Shown here: positions 52,852 through 64,000 of the stretch, piece after piece
Numbering within the stretch: position 1 is the stretch's first letter
How the letters are laid out: each line of letters begins with the position of its first letter
Source of the DNA: Eledone cirrhosa
Taxonomy: Eukaryota
DNA length: 64,000 bases
Direction: 5' to 3'
Assembly (NCBI GenBank): GCA_964016885.1
Contig: OZ024741.1
Location: 332,320,001-332,384,000 of the forward strand
Position numbers and translations under genes: made by a program
The notes under the pieces: model-generated
The model's input: the letters and a program-made list of their open reading frames with translations, nothing else
What the model was told of the DNA's origin: nothing
Database searches by the model: none

Positions 52852-53350
52852 TTGGCAGTATCAGTAGAGGTTCGGATGCCATGCTTTACAGCAGAGTTAC
52901 GTCCCTTTACGTTCAGAGTTTGAATCCTGCCAAGGTTAACTTTGCCTTTCATCCTTACGGGGTCGATAAAATAAAGTACCAGTAACGTACTGGTATAATT
53001 ACTGGCCTTGTGCCAAAAATAGAAAACAATTATTGTTTCTACCTTAGGCACAAGGCCAGCAATTTTTTTAGGAGGAGGGGAAAGTCGATTAAATCGACCC
53101 TTGTGCTTTACTGGTGCTTTATTGTAAGGATGAAAGGCAAAGTTAATTTTAGCAGGATTTGAACTCAGACCGTAAAGGGGCGTAACTCTATCCTGCAAAG
53201 CATGGCGTCCGACCCTCTACCGATACTGCCAATCCACCACCCTAAAATAACTAATAATGATTGTTTCTACTTTTGGCACAAGGCCAGCAATAACCCAGTG
53301 CATTACTGATACTTTATTTTATCTACCCCGTAAGGATGAAAGCAAAGTTG
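52852..53350. mobile_element. Tail-to-tail inverted pair of tRNA SINEs plus a partial third copy
   Basis: Plus copy 52852-~53029, minus copy ~53030-53243, partial minus copy ~53255-53350. Confidence 0.85.
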
Positions 53351-54083
53351 GTGGGGGGGGGGGGGGGGATAATAAAACTGAAGTGAAAGTCAAACAGTAC
53401 AAGTGTTTTTAATGGCAAAACTGACAAAATGACCATCTTCAATTATAACAATAATTTACTGATGATAATACTCTATATAATTACACACCTAGAACTATAG
53501 AAAGTATGTATAACAGTAAGTATGATGTTATGTTCCAACTTGGCAATTGTGCAATTAATTGACAGTGGTGTCTGTTTTAATTATTAAATCTATAATTTTG
53601 ATTAAAGAAACCCCCCCAACTAAATAACATATAGTTTTGTCATACTTTATAAAGAATTAGTTATATTGCTAGAAGTTATTTCCAACAATCAAACTTTTAA
53701 TTGCTAGTTATCAGAAAACTATGTTAACCAAATGACAATAATAATATTTTTAAAATTTTTATCTCAAATAAAGGAGATAATGAAAATTAATGAGTGTGCT
53801 GTTAAGTTATATCCTACACTGTATGACCCCTGCTAATTTAACTTTTGTGTATGGTGGTGGAAAATGGTTTATTAATGCTTGCCTCCGTCTCTAGTTTTAA
53901 TGTATATATGTGAGTGTGTGTGTGTGTCACTATTGTAAGTCTGTGTAATATTTACAATTAAATATGTGTTATTTATTAAAAGAGATTTTCAATAACAATC
54001 TACTTGGATTGAAACATATATTCATCTTTAGATATTCAAAATATTATCGCTAAAAGATCTCTGTCTTTCTCCTCTTCCAACTC

Positions 54084-54522
<439 letters not shown>

Positions 54523-54552
54523 GTAGAACACTGGAATATGTATATATATATA

Positions 54553-54583
<31 letters not shown>

Positions 54584-54840
54584 TCACTCAATGTTAATAA
54601 TTGAAACAAATAATAGCATTATTCAAACTTTAAATAAAAGAGTGTAGAAATTATTTAAAACTTGTAACCCCCTGAAGTCAAGCTTAAACCATTTCATTTG
54701 TAGAATGTATGTGTGTGTGTATATATATATATAATACTTAAGTCCTATATGAGTGAGACACGGTCACCCAACCAGCTTTGCCTCAAGTGGGACAACTCCC
54801 GTCTAACCCATGCTAGCATGGAAAATGGACGTTAAACGAA

Positions 54841-54876
<36 letters not shown>

Positions 54877-55512
54877 ATATATATATATATATATTATCAG
54901 ATCATCAAAGTTTTACATCTATTTTCCCTGCTTGTATGGGTTAGATGTGTTGTCACATACTCAGACTAGACAGGCAGGTCAGATGATTGTATCTTCCTCA
55001 TACATTCCATTGTTTCTATGGTTTGATGCCCTTCATAAATCCAACCACTTCACAGTGAGTACCATGTTTATTTTCTCATGGGACCATCACTACCACTTAA
55101 CATGGTGGTCTGGATGTATTTTTGTTTGCAAGTTAGATTATGATCACTTTCAAGCAACAGCAAAAACAACAACAACCACAATAACTAATGTTAAAATAAT
55201 AAATAACGAAACATTCTTAATGAACTTATGATTTATGCAACTTATTTGTTGCTTTATATGAAATGATATCAAGTGTGCTGTGTATAATAATGATTTCTTG
55301 GCTGCAATTCTAAGTATGTATGTATACATACTTACATAAAACATGCCTTCCAGTATATAATATCATCATTATATTTATCATCCCTGCTTATAAGAGTTGA
55401 ATGGGTCAACATAGACCACGCCAGTACTCTTGAGGATCTACTGACTTCTCGGATAGGCTTGTAGCCTGATGTGCATGTAGGTGTCTAGGTATGTGCATAT
55501 GTGTGTGTATGT

Positions 55513-55543
<31 letters not shown>

Positions 55544-55760
55544 TTTTTTCTAAAGACATTTTTTCCAATTCCAACCTGCTCATCCCCTCAATCTATCTTA
55601 TTTCTCATTCTTTCTTCTGATGAAGGACTAGCGTTCTAAACGTTAAGACCCTCTTCCTGCTATTTCAAGCATCAACCTAATATATCCCTTCCATATACTG
55701 TACCGATTGTGTTGTTATTTCTGTTTACCTTTTACATATATATATATATATGTGTGTGTG

Positions 55761-55831
<71 letters not shown>

Positions 55832-55854
55832 ATGTGTGTGTATCAAATTTGTGA

Positions 55855-56090
55855 AAACATGGAACTTAGTGGTTAGAGAATCAAACTCACATCTGTGAGA
55901 TTGCGAGTTTGATTCCCAGACCAGATGATGTGTTATTTCCTTGAGCAAGACACTTTATATCAAGTTGCTCCTTCTGCCAGGAGTTGCAACCAGTAGATAG
56001 TATCAGCTGTGAAAACATTGTTTTTTGGTCTGATTTGACAAGTTCCACTCCACTCTGTAAGCAAATGATGTCTGGAACCTTGTCAATCAT
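55855..56090 (+). mobile_element. tRNA-derived SINE, second family (CORE-like)
   Basis: CTTAGTGGTTAGAG A-box, GAGTTTGATTCCC B-box, GTGTTATTTCCTTGAGCAAGACACTTTA. Related copies at ~48165-48270 (+) and ~59860-60008 (-). Confidence 0.7.
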
Positions 56091-56127
56091 TTTAAAGGGA
56101 GGAGGAAAAAGAAAGTTGAACACAGCA

Positions 56128-56536
56128 GGACTTGAACTAAGTCTGGGGACTTGAACTAAGTGGGACTTGGACTAAGTGGGACTTGGACTAAGTGGGACTT
56201 GGACTAAGTGGGACTTGAACTAAGTGGGACTTGGACTAAGTGGGACTTGGACTAAGTGGGACTTGGACTAAGTGGGACTTGAACTAAGTGGGACTTGGAC
56301 TAAGTGGGACTTGGACTAAGTGGGACTTGGACTAAGTGGGACTTGAACTAAGTGGGACTTGAACTAAGTGGGATTTGGACTAAGTGGGACTTGGACTAAG
56401 TGGGACTTGGACTAAGTGGGACTTGGACTAAGTGGGACTTGGACAATATGGAACTCAGCAGGACTTGAACTCAGCAGGACTTGAACTAAGTGGGACTTGA
56501 ACTAAGTGGGACTTGGACAATATGGGACTTGAACTC
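56128..56536. repeat. 15-bp minisatellite (GGACTTGRACTAAGTG-type) expanded from a SINE B-box
   Basis: About 27 units, embedded in a minus-strand SINE that continues to ~56610. Confidence 0.9.
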
Positions 56537-56696
56537 AAAATGCAGAGAGCCAGAAAAGAATACTGCAATGCATCGTATGTGACATTCCTACAATTGCCAA
56601 TTTGCTGCCTTCTAAACCTAAAACATTATTTTGCTTTTAATGTTCAGAAGAGTTTGTTGCTTTCATTTATACACACACACACACACACACGCGCGC

Positions 56697-56735
<39 letters not shown>

Positions 56736-57264
56736 GTATGTATATATTTAAATGTTGTTTCATACAGAAAGAATAATAGAGATTAGTGAGAACCGACATC
56801 ATTTTCCACATTCACATGTTTCTCTTATGAGGCGAGATTGATAACAAGGAAAAAGATGGTGGGGAGAGGGGTTAAACTCTGAGAAACGAATAGATGGATT
56901 GTTTTAAAATATTCTTATGTAAAGTATAATAGCATTAGCAGCAAAGTGAATCAAGCTATTAGAGAAAAGGATGGAACAAAATAAAGAAAGAGCGAGAGAG
57001 ATTTTAACTCTTATTATAATGAAAATGTAAGACATGAAAGAATGTCTGAAAATTCCCAAAGCTCTAAATATTTATCATATTTATATTTAAATTATTGCAT
57101 TAGATAACTTGAAGATCTATAAATCTATATATATATAGGAAATGTAATTTTTATGAGTGCTAGTGTACAAAATCCTTTTGTATTGCTATGTCTTTAGGGT
57201 AAATGAGGTTTAGGATAAAGTATTAAATGTATGAATGTATGCTTACGTGTATGTATATATATAT

Positions 57265-57344
<80 letters not shown>

Positions 57345-58208
57345 TTAAATATATATACATATATAGTTACATATGAGTATATATATATATGTGTGTGTGT
57401 ATATGTGCATATGTATATACATATAAATATAAGTATGCGTGTCTGTGTGTGTATATATATTTACATATGTATATACATATAAATATATGTATGCACGTGT
57501 GTGTCTGTGTGTGTGTATATATGTGCATATGTATATGATATAAATATATGTTTGTGTGCATGTGTGTATATATATGTACATATATACAAAGCGAGTGATG
57601 AGATTCAGTGAGGAAAATGGAGTTGAGAAGACATTAAATGCAGCTAAGTGTCTTCTGCTTTAATCAAATATTAACTTATAAGAGAGTTTTACTATTAGAA
57701 CCATTATACAACATAAAAATGATGTATAAATGTATATAAATGTATATAAATGTATCACTTTGCTGTCTGTGAAAGATTTTAAAAGAGATAAAAGATTGAA
57801 ATTGATGCAGATTGTCATAGTCCTCATATTGACCAATCAACGAAGATCTTTTATGGTAAAGAGGTGGGGAAGGTCCTGAATTGTTCTCTTTGTAATAACA
57901 CTTCAACTTGTTTGGGTCAGTTTTGCTCTGTCTTCTTCAAATTCTGACATGAATGATTATCCAATAAGAAGATTCATATATAAAAGCCAGAATAAATCAC
58001 ATGGTCAGCGTTACTTAATTGATTTCTTAAAGTAATTATGATGTTTATCTGGACACATATGTATGCACATGTGCACAGAGCTATACATATTTGAAGCACA
58101 TATGTCTGTCTGTTTACCTATCTATCTACCTAGCTGTTTCTCCCTGTCTGTGTAAAAGACACAACAACACTCTTACTATTGTGCCATCATAAAATAGACT
58201 TTATATAT

Positions 58209-58797
58209 CATCATCATCATCATCATCAACGTTTAACGTCCGTGTTCCACGCTTGCATGGGTTTGGACGGGGGTAGTCCCACTTGAGGCAAGAGTGATTG
58301 TCTTGCTCGCATAGGACTGTCTGGCAGGTTTTCTACAGTTGGATGCCCTTCCTAACACCAACCACATTTACAGTGTGGATCTGGGAGGTTTTTACCGTGT
58401 TGCCTACACGGCCACATTACAGCGTGGACTGTGTGTTTTTTTGTCGTGACACCTACACGATCTCATTTGTTTCGGCCTGGATGGCGCGGCACCAACATAA
58501 CTTTACATAGAACGGGGTGGTGTGGATGGGGTGGGGGTGGTGGCGGGACGGGGTGGGGGTGGTGGCGGGACGGGGTGTATTTTGTTAGAGATGCCTACTG
58601 GCAAGGCGGGTCTTCTCTGTTACTGAGTACCGCCAAAGGTCTCGGTCCAGTGACATTGTCTTGGAGAGGTGTAAGTGTGTGAGGTCGGAGTTTATCAGCT
58701 CATCCCATGTTTTTCTAGGTCTGCCTATTCCGTGGCTACCGTCTATCTTTATTGCCCTGCACTTTGTTATACAGCTATCGACTTTCATGCGCATCAC

Positions 58798-58800
<3 letters not shown>
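58209..58800 (-). mobile_element. RTE LINE 3' fragment
   Basis: [23 protein letters not shown] plus 3' UTR, with (TA)n on both sides. Confidence 0.9.
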
Positions 58801-58842
<42 letters not shown>

Positions 58843-58993
58843 CACAGACACATATATATATATATATGTATACTCTATACATTTAAATATATTTAGTTAT
58901 ATTCTAGGAAATTATATTAGATCTTGGTATATACTAATCTTGGAATCCAAAAATATGTTCAACACTATTACTGTCATTATTGATGACACGGAG

Positions 58994-59205
58994 GGTGGTG
59001 GATTGGCAGTATTAGTAGTGTCAGACACCATGCTTTGCAGCAGAGAGTTATGGCCCTTTACGTTCTGAGTTTAAATCCCACTGAGGTTAGCTTTGCCTTT
59101 CATCCTTACGGGGCCAATAAAATAAAGCACCAGTAATGCACTGGGGTCAATTTAATCAACTTCTCTTTCTCCCCAAATTTCTGGCCTTGTGCCTATAGTA
59201 GAAAT
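58994..59205 (+). mobile_element. tRNA-derived SINE
   Basis: GGTGGTGGATTGGCAGTATTAGTAG..GAGTTTAAATCCC..GCCTTTCATCCTTACGGGG. Confidence 0.8.
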
Positions 59206-59224
59206 TGATGACAAGAGTCCACTA

Positions 59225-59276
<52 letters not shown>

Positions 59277-59280
<4 letters not shown>

Positions 59281-59598
59281 AATGACTGATAAGTTTAAAA
59301 AATCTAATACAGTGTGGTAGAAATATATAAAGTGTAAAGGATGACAAATTAAAGAAAAAAAAAAACAAACAAACAATGGATGTGTTCCTCCTTAACTGCT
59401 CGACATAGAACACATCAATTGTTTTTGTTTAGAATTGTTTAGAATTGTTTCTGTTACACATTTGAAAAGAGCCCTGAAATATTATGTTGAAATATATTGG
59501 GTAAAACATGACATTATTTTATTATTTTTTCATCCTTTGCCTTTTGTATATTTCTACTTCATTATACTGGCTTTTAAAAACTTATCAGTCATTTATTA
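59277..59598. mobile_element. Old head-to-head relic with decayed hammerhead-like motif
   Basis: Arms TAATAAATGACTGATAAGTTT..AAAGGATGA / TCATCCTTT..AAACTTATCAGTCATTTATTA, with (TA)n flanks. Confidence 0.5.
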
Positions 59599-60019
59599 CA
59601 TACTTATATATATATATATATCATCATCATCATCATCATCACCGTTTTACGTCCGTTCTTCCATGCTAGCATGGGTTAGACGGGTTGTCCTGCTGACGCA
59701 GTGTCCGGTCGGCTGACCTTGTCTTGCTCATACGGGAACTGATTCTGGCTTGACTTCTACAGCTGGATGCCTTCCTAACACCAACCTCATTTACAGTGAG
59801 TGCTGGGTGCTTTTTTGCCATGGCACCTCCACGTCCACTTTGCAGTGGAATGATAGGGACCCCAGTCCTATCATTTCATTTCTACAGCTGAGTAAACTGG
59901 AGCAATGTGAAATAAAGTATCTTGCTCAAGGAAACAACACATCACCCGGTCCGAGAATTGAACTCGCATCCTTTTGATTGCAAGTCCAATGCTCTAACCA
60001 CTAAGCCATATATATATAT

Positions 60020-60204
60020 CAGATAGGGTGTGGTAAAAACTAGCTAGACCATAACCCACCAGAGTACTCGATACTTGGAATAGTAGGGTGGGTAATATGA
60101 AAAGATTCAGGATCCTGATGGCTGAGCCTTGGCCGTATTGACAGCTAGATCTAGCTGTCGAAACGGCCGGAGCTCAGCTGTCAGGGTCCTGAATCTTTTC
60201 ATAT
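60020..60204. mobile_element. Head-to-head PLE relic folded back within hammerhead stem II
   Basis: Hairpin 60095-60204 centred on AGATCT. The right arm has GAAACGGCCG. The tail at 60020-60094 is homologous to the 37110 and 40820 islands. Confidence 0.7.
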
Positions 60205-60864
60205 ATATATATATGGAGAGAGAGAGAGAGCAATAATGACCACAAATTCATATTTATAGTATATATATATATACTTCTGGACAAAATTGTATTAATGTAT
60301 CTTGTCTCTTCCTAAATATTGGTGATATTAACTAAGAAAACAACAACCACTCCAACATTACCATCTTTCTGTAATTCTCATTGACAAATGACTGAAATAA
60401 GTCACCTCCTTCAGTTACCTTCATTTTTACTTCAACAGACAGAAATCTTTATATTAGTAAAAAAAATATAAAATGAAAATGACTTAATTTGCTCTTTAGA
60501 GAAACCAAGTTTAATTTAGAATAGCATAAAGAACATTCTAATTAGTGCAATTGGGAAATTCTAGATAGTGTGTTGTCTGTTTTTGTTTCTTTATTCTTTT
60601 TTGAATCAAGGTATTGATGATTCTTTTCTGAGTTAGACGGTTTATTCTGAGACTGAGCAAAGTAGCCACTAAAAAGAAAAGGATATAAGCCCCATACACA
60701 ACAGAAGTGAGAGAAACCTCATCAGGTATTCTTTCCTCCAATCTAGCAGCAATATGAATGAAATGTGGTTGGGAATTATCATTTCCTAGAAAGCTATGTA
60801 AGAGAAGGAAGGAGAGACAGTGACACACACACACGCACGCGCGCGGACACACATACACACACAT

Positions 60865-61143
60865 ATTTCTCCGCTCAGAGTTGCTGAAGCATGGAACAGC
60901 TAATAACTGCATCAGTTATTAGCTGTCGAGACACTGCATCCTTTAAAACCGCCATGCTTCCTGAGATTCGCCAACACTACACCTGATATCCCCCTCCATA
61001 CACACGCACACATGTATATCATGACTCATACACTATTCACTTCCCTGACATTTGTATATTATTCTATGTACTATACATGCACCTTTGACGAGTTGTAGTG
61101 CACCTGAGCACTGTACACAATAATTTCATTATTATTATTATTA
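60865..61143 (+). mobile_element. CR1-like LINE 3' fragment
   Basis: Homologous to ~62430-62710, with an (ATT)n tail. Confidence 0.8.
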
Positions 61144-61359
61144 TATATATATGCATTACTGAGCACAATGCTGTGTGCCTTGGCTATGTGCAGTGTTGTT
61201 TTTGATGTTGTTCTTTCTATTGTATTGAGAGAACTTTTTGTAGCATATGTGTGCAGTGCTTAGTAGTGCTATTTTCTGTATGCTGTATATATGTGTAAGT
61301 CCTGGTGTTTTAGCTATATATCTGTATATATGTATGTGATTTTATTATTACTTGAGTAA

Positions 61360-61572
61360 GGTTGGTGGATCAGCAGTCACGGTAGATCATTGGACAATAT
61401 GCTTCAGAACATCGAATTATGGTCCTTTATGTTCTGAGTACAAATCCTGCCAAGGTTAGCTTTGCCTTTCATTCTGATGTGGTTGATAGTACCAGTAATG
61501 CACTGGAGTCGATTTAATTGACTTTACCCTCGCCCAAATTGTTGGCCTTGTGCCTAAATCAGAAACCATTAT
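61360..61572 (+). mobile_element. tRNA-derived SINE (diverged)
   Basis: Same central and tail sequence as 7987-8190. Confidence 0.7.
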
Positions 61573-61798
61573 TAACAGAGTATCTATTATTACAGAGATT
61601 GTTTCTGTTTCCAACCAGTGCTAGAATATATATTTATTTACAGCCAGACCAAGAAACATTTTACTTAGCATCTACAACAATTAGAAACAGTATATTGATA
61701 TTTTTAAAAAGATTCATATATTATTTTGCACTGTAAATCTATCTAGTTTGTTGTATATTGCATTTATACATATACATGAATATATATTCTATATTATA

Positions 61799-61863
<65 letters not shown>

Positions 61864-61885
61864 TGTGTGTGTGTGTGTATCTATG

Positions 61886-61936
<51 letters not shown>

Positions 61937-61939
61937 TCA

Positions 61940-62710
61940 TGAAGTCTTCTTGTGAACGTGACCTGGGCATTACTGTCAGCAGCGATTTGCATTGGACGAA
62001 GCACATCTCTAAAATTGTCAAGAAGGCCAAGGGTGTCTTAGCATCACTCAGCAAGACCTTTGTCAGCTGATCTCCAGCTATCTATTTAAAGCTGTATATA
62101 GCTATGATGTGACCACACTTAGAATTTGCATCACCAGTCTGGAACCCCTATCTTGCTCAAAATATTGACTTCCTGGAAACTATTCAGAGACATTCAACCA
62201 AACAAATACCGTCCATCAGACACCTACCATACTCTGAACACCTTGCTTCCCTGGGCATGGATTCATTGATGCTCCGACGTTTGGCAACTGACTTGGTAAA
62301 CACCCACAAAAATATTAACCATCTTGCCAACAACAACCCTGAGCACCTTTTTGAATTCCATGTGTCTGACACCTGTTGACATGCCTACAAAGTCAGAAAA
62401 CAGCACAGTTCCCATGACTTTCGGAAACATTTTTTCTCGCTTAGAGTTGTTGAAGCATAGAAAAAACTACCTGCATCAGTTGTTAGCTGCCGAGACGTTG
62501 CATCCTTTATAACCTCCATGCTTCCTGAGATTCGCCAACACTACACTTGATATTCCCCCTCCATAAACATGCACACATGTGTATCATAACTTATACACTG
62601 TTCACTTTCCTGACATTTGTACATTATTCTATGTACTATACATGCACCTTTGATGAGTTGTAGTGCACCTGAGCACTGTACACAATAATTTCATTATTAT
62701 TATTATTATA
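61940..62710 (+). mobile_element. CR1-like LINE RT C-terminus and 3' UTR, decayed
   Basis: [49 protein letters not shown] with stops, and an (ATT)n tail. Confidence 0.88.
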
Positions 62711-62948
62711 TATAGTACACATATTCAAACTTACATCCATCCACTCACACATACAAGTCCACTACCACATACTACATGGATATACACTTAACACACTAAC
62801 TTTGATACTTTGCACAATATACCTTAAAAAAACACACTGTGTAAACATACACTTACACTCATACATATTGACACTAATATACACCCTTTGCCTTCCAAAA
62901 TCATTACCAAGACTACCTAACGTTTTGTCTTGTTTATTCTCATTATTT

Positions 62949-63310
62949 TCAGTATCGGTAGAGGGTCGGACACCATGCTTTGACGCATTGAGTTATGGCC
63001 CTTGCCATTCTGAGTTCAAATCCCGCCGAGGTTAACTTTGCCTTTCATCCTTATGGGGTCGATAAAATAAAGTACCAGTAATGCACTGGGTAATTGCTGG
63101 CCTTGTGCCTAACGTAGAAACAATTATTTTTAGTATCGGTAGAGGGTCGGACACCATGCTTTGACGCATTGAGTTACGGCCCTTGCCATTCTGAGTTCAA
63201 ATCCTGCCGAGGTTAACTTTGCCTTTCATCCTTACGGGGTCGATAAAATAAAGTACCAGTAATACACTGGATAATTGCTGGCCTTGTGCCAAAAGTAGAA
63301 ACAATTATTT
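62949..63310 (+). mobile_element. Tandem dimer of 5'-clipped tRNA SINE (period ~182 bp)
   Basis: AGTATCGGTAGAGGGTCGGACACC..GTAGAAACAATTATTTT occurs twice. Confidence 0.85.
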
Positions 63311-63614
63311 TCGATTTTTTTTTCTTTACTTGTCTACCTTTATTTTCTATATCTATCTTTTCTGATCCTGTCTCTATTTTTGTACTCCTGAAGAAGGGCT
63401 GAAGCCTGACACGTCAAACTTTCTTTTCTCCTTTCCATATAAAGCATGAAACTAATAAGACTGTTTGTTGTTTCCTTGAACTACACACACACACACATTC
63501 ATTCATATATATACATATGCACATACACATGCACACATGCACAAATGTGTGTGCAAGAAAAATATTTTTCTTGTACAGTTTGTATGGAAAAGTAGTAGCA
63601 GAATGACATAAAAT

Positions 63615-64000
63615 GGGGTGTTTGTGGTGTTGATGGTAATTGTAGTGCTGGTGATGGGGGTGATGGTAGTTGTGGTTCCAGTGGTTCTGTTGTGGTTTAG
63701 TTGTGGTTCTGGTGACGGTGTGGATCTGATGGTCTTAATGGGGGCAATGGTGTTGGCTATGGTTTTGATGATGGTATTGATGGCAGACTGCAGTTGTATT
63801 ATTGTTGGTAGTGATGATGGTGGTGTGTTAAAATTGGTGGATTTGATGGTGTTGGTAGTGGTGGTGATGGTGTTGGAGGTAGTGGTTTTGATGGAGGTGA
63901 TATGATAATAATGATGATGGTGGTGGTGGTGTTGGTGGTGGCAATGGTACTGGTGGTGGTGTTGTCATTGTCGGTAGTGTTATGATAATGATGATGGTGG
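63615..64000. repeat. Degenerate (GGT/GAT)n low-complexity tract
   Basis: Direct inspection. Confidence 0.85.

Noticed and set aside
56128-56536. 15-bp array as CRISPR or telomeric repeat
   Set aside because: It is a head-to-tail minisatellite without spacers, is not TTAGGG, and derives from a SINE B-box.
57676-57950. Non-repetitive stretch with a short minus-strand ORF
   Set aside because: No recognisable motif or clear splice sites. It could be UTR or exon but is unsupported.

Overview
AT-rich, microsatellite-dense animal genomic DNA, most likely an octopus, inferred from the cephalopod-type protocadherin, RTE LINEs with (TGA)n tails, tRNA-derived SINEs and huge (TA)n/(TATG)n tracts. The only clear host gene is a large protocadherin exon (ATG 2178, splice donor after 4547). 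The rest is a transposon landscape: one near-full-length and many truncated RTE LINEs, CR1-like and L1/Tx1 fragments, SINEs, hAT, piggyBac-like and Tc1/mariner derivatives, and a 200-N gap. The main observation is a recurring architecture that the ORF track does not show. About ten insertions sit in (TA)n tracts, each built from two head-to-head inverted copies of an element 3' end, one with an extra ~65-130 nt tail and one without. One carries a 5'-truncated Penelope-like ORF (RT plus GIY-YIG, Naiad-like). Many contain hammerhead ribozyme folds with a very short, often palindromic stem III and often a greatly extended stem II, and one has a U3-A8 core covariation. The tails of otherwise dissimilar families share an ACTC...GAGTRC stem just beyond the point where the tailless arm stops, which suggests two-ended priming with structure-defined internal initiation. 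All RNA folds were paired by eye and are untested. The long Y/I/C/M/V ORFs are microsatellite artefacts.
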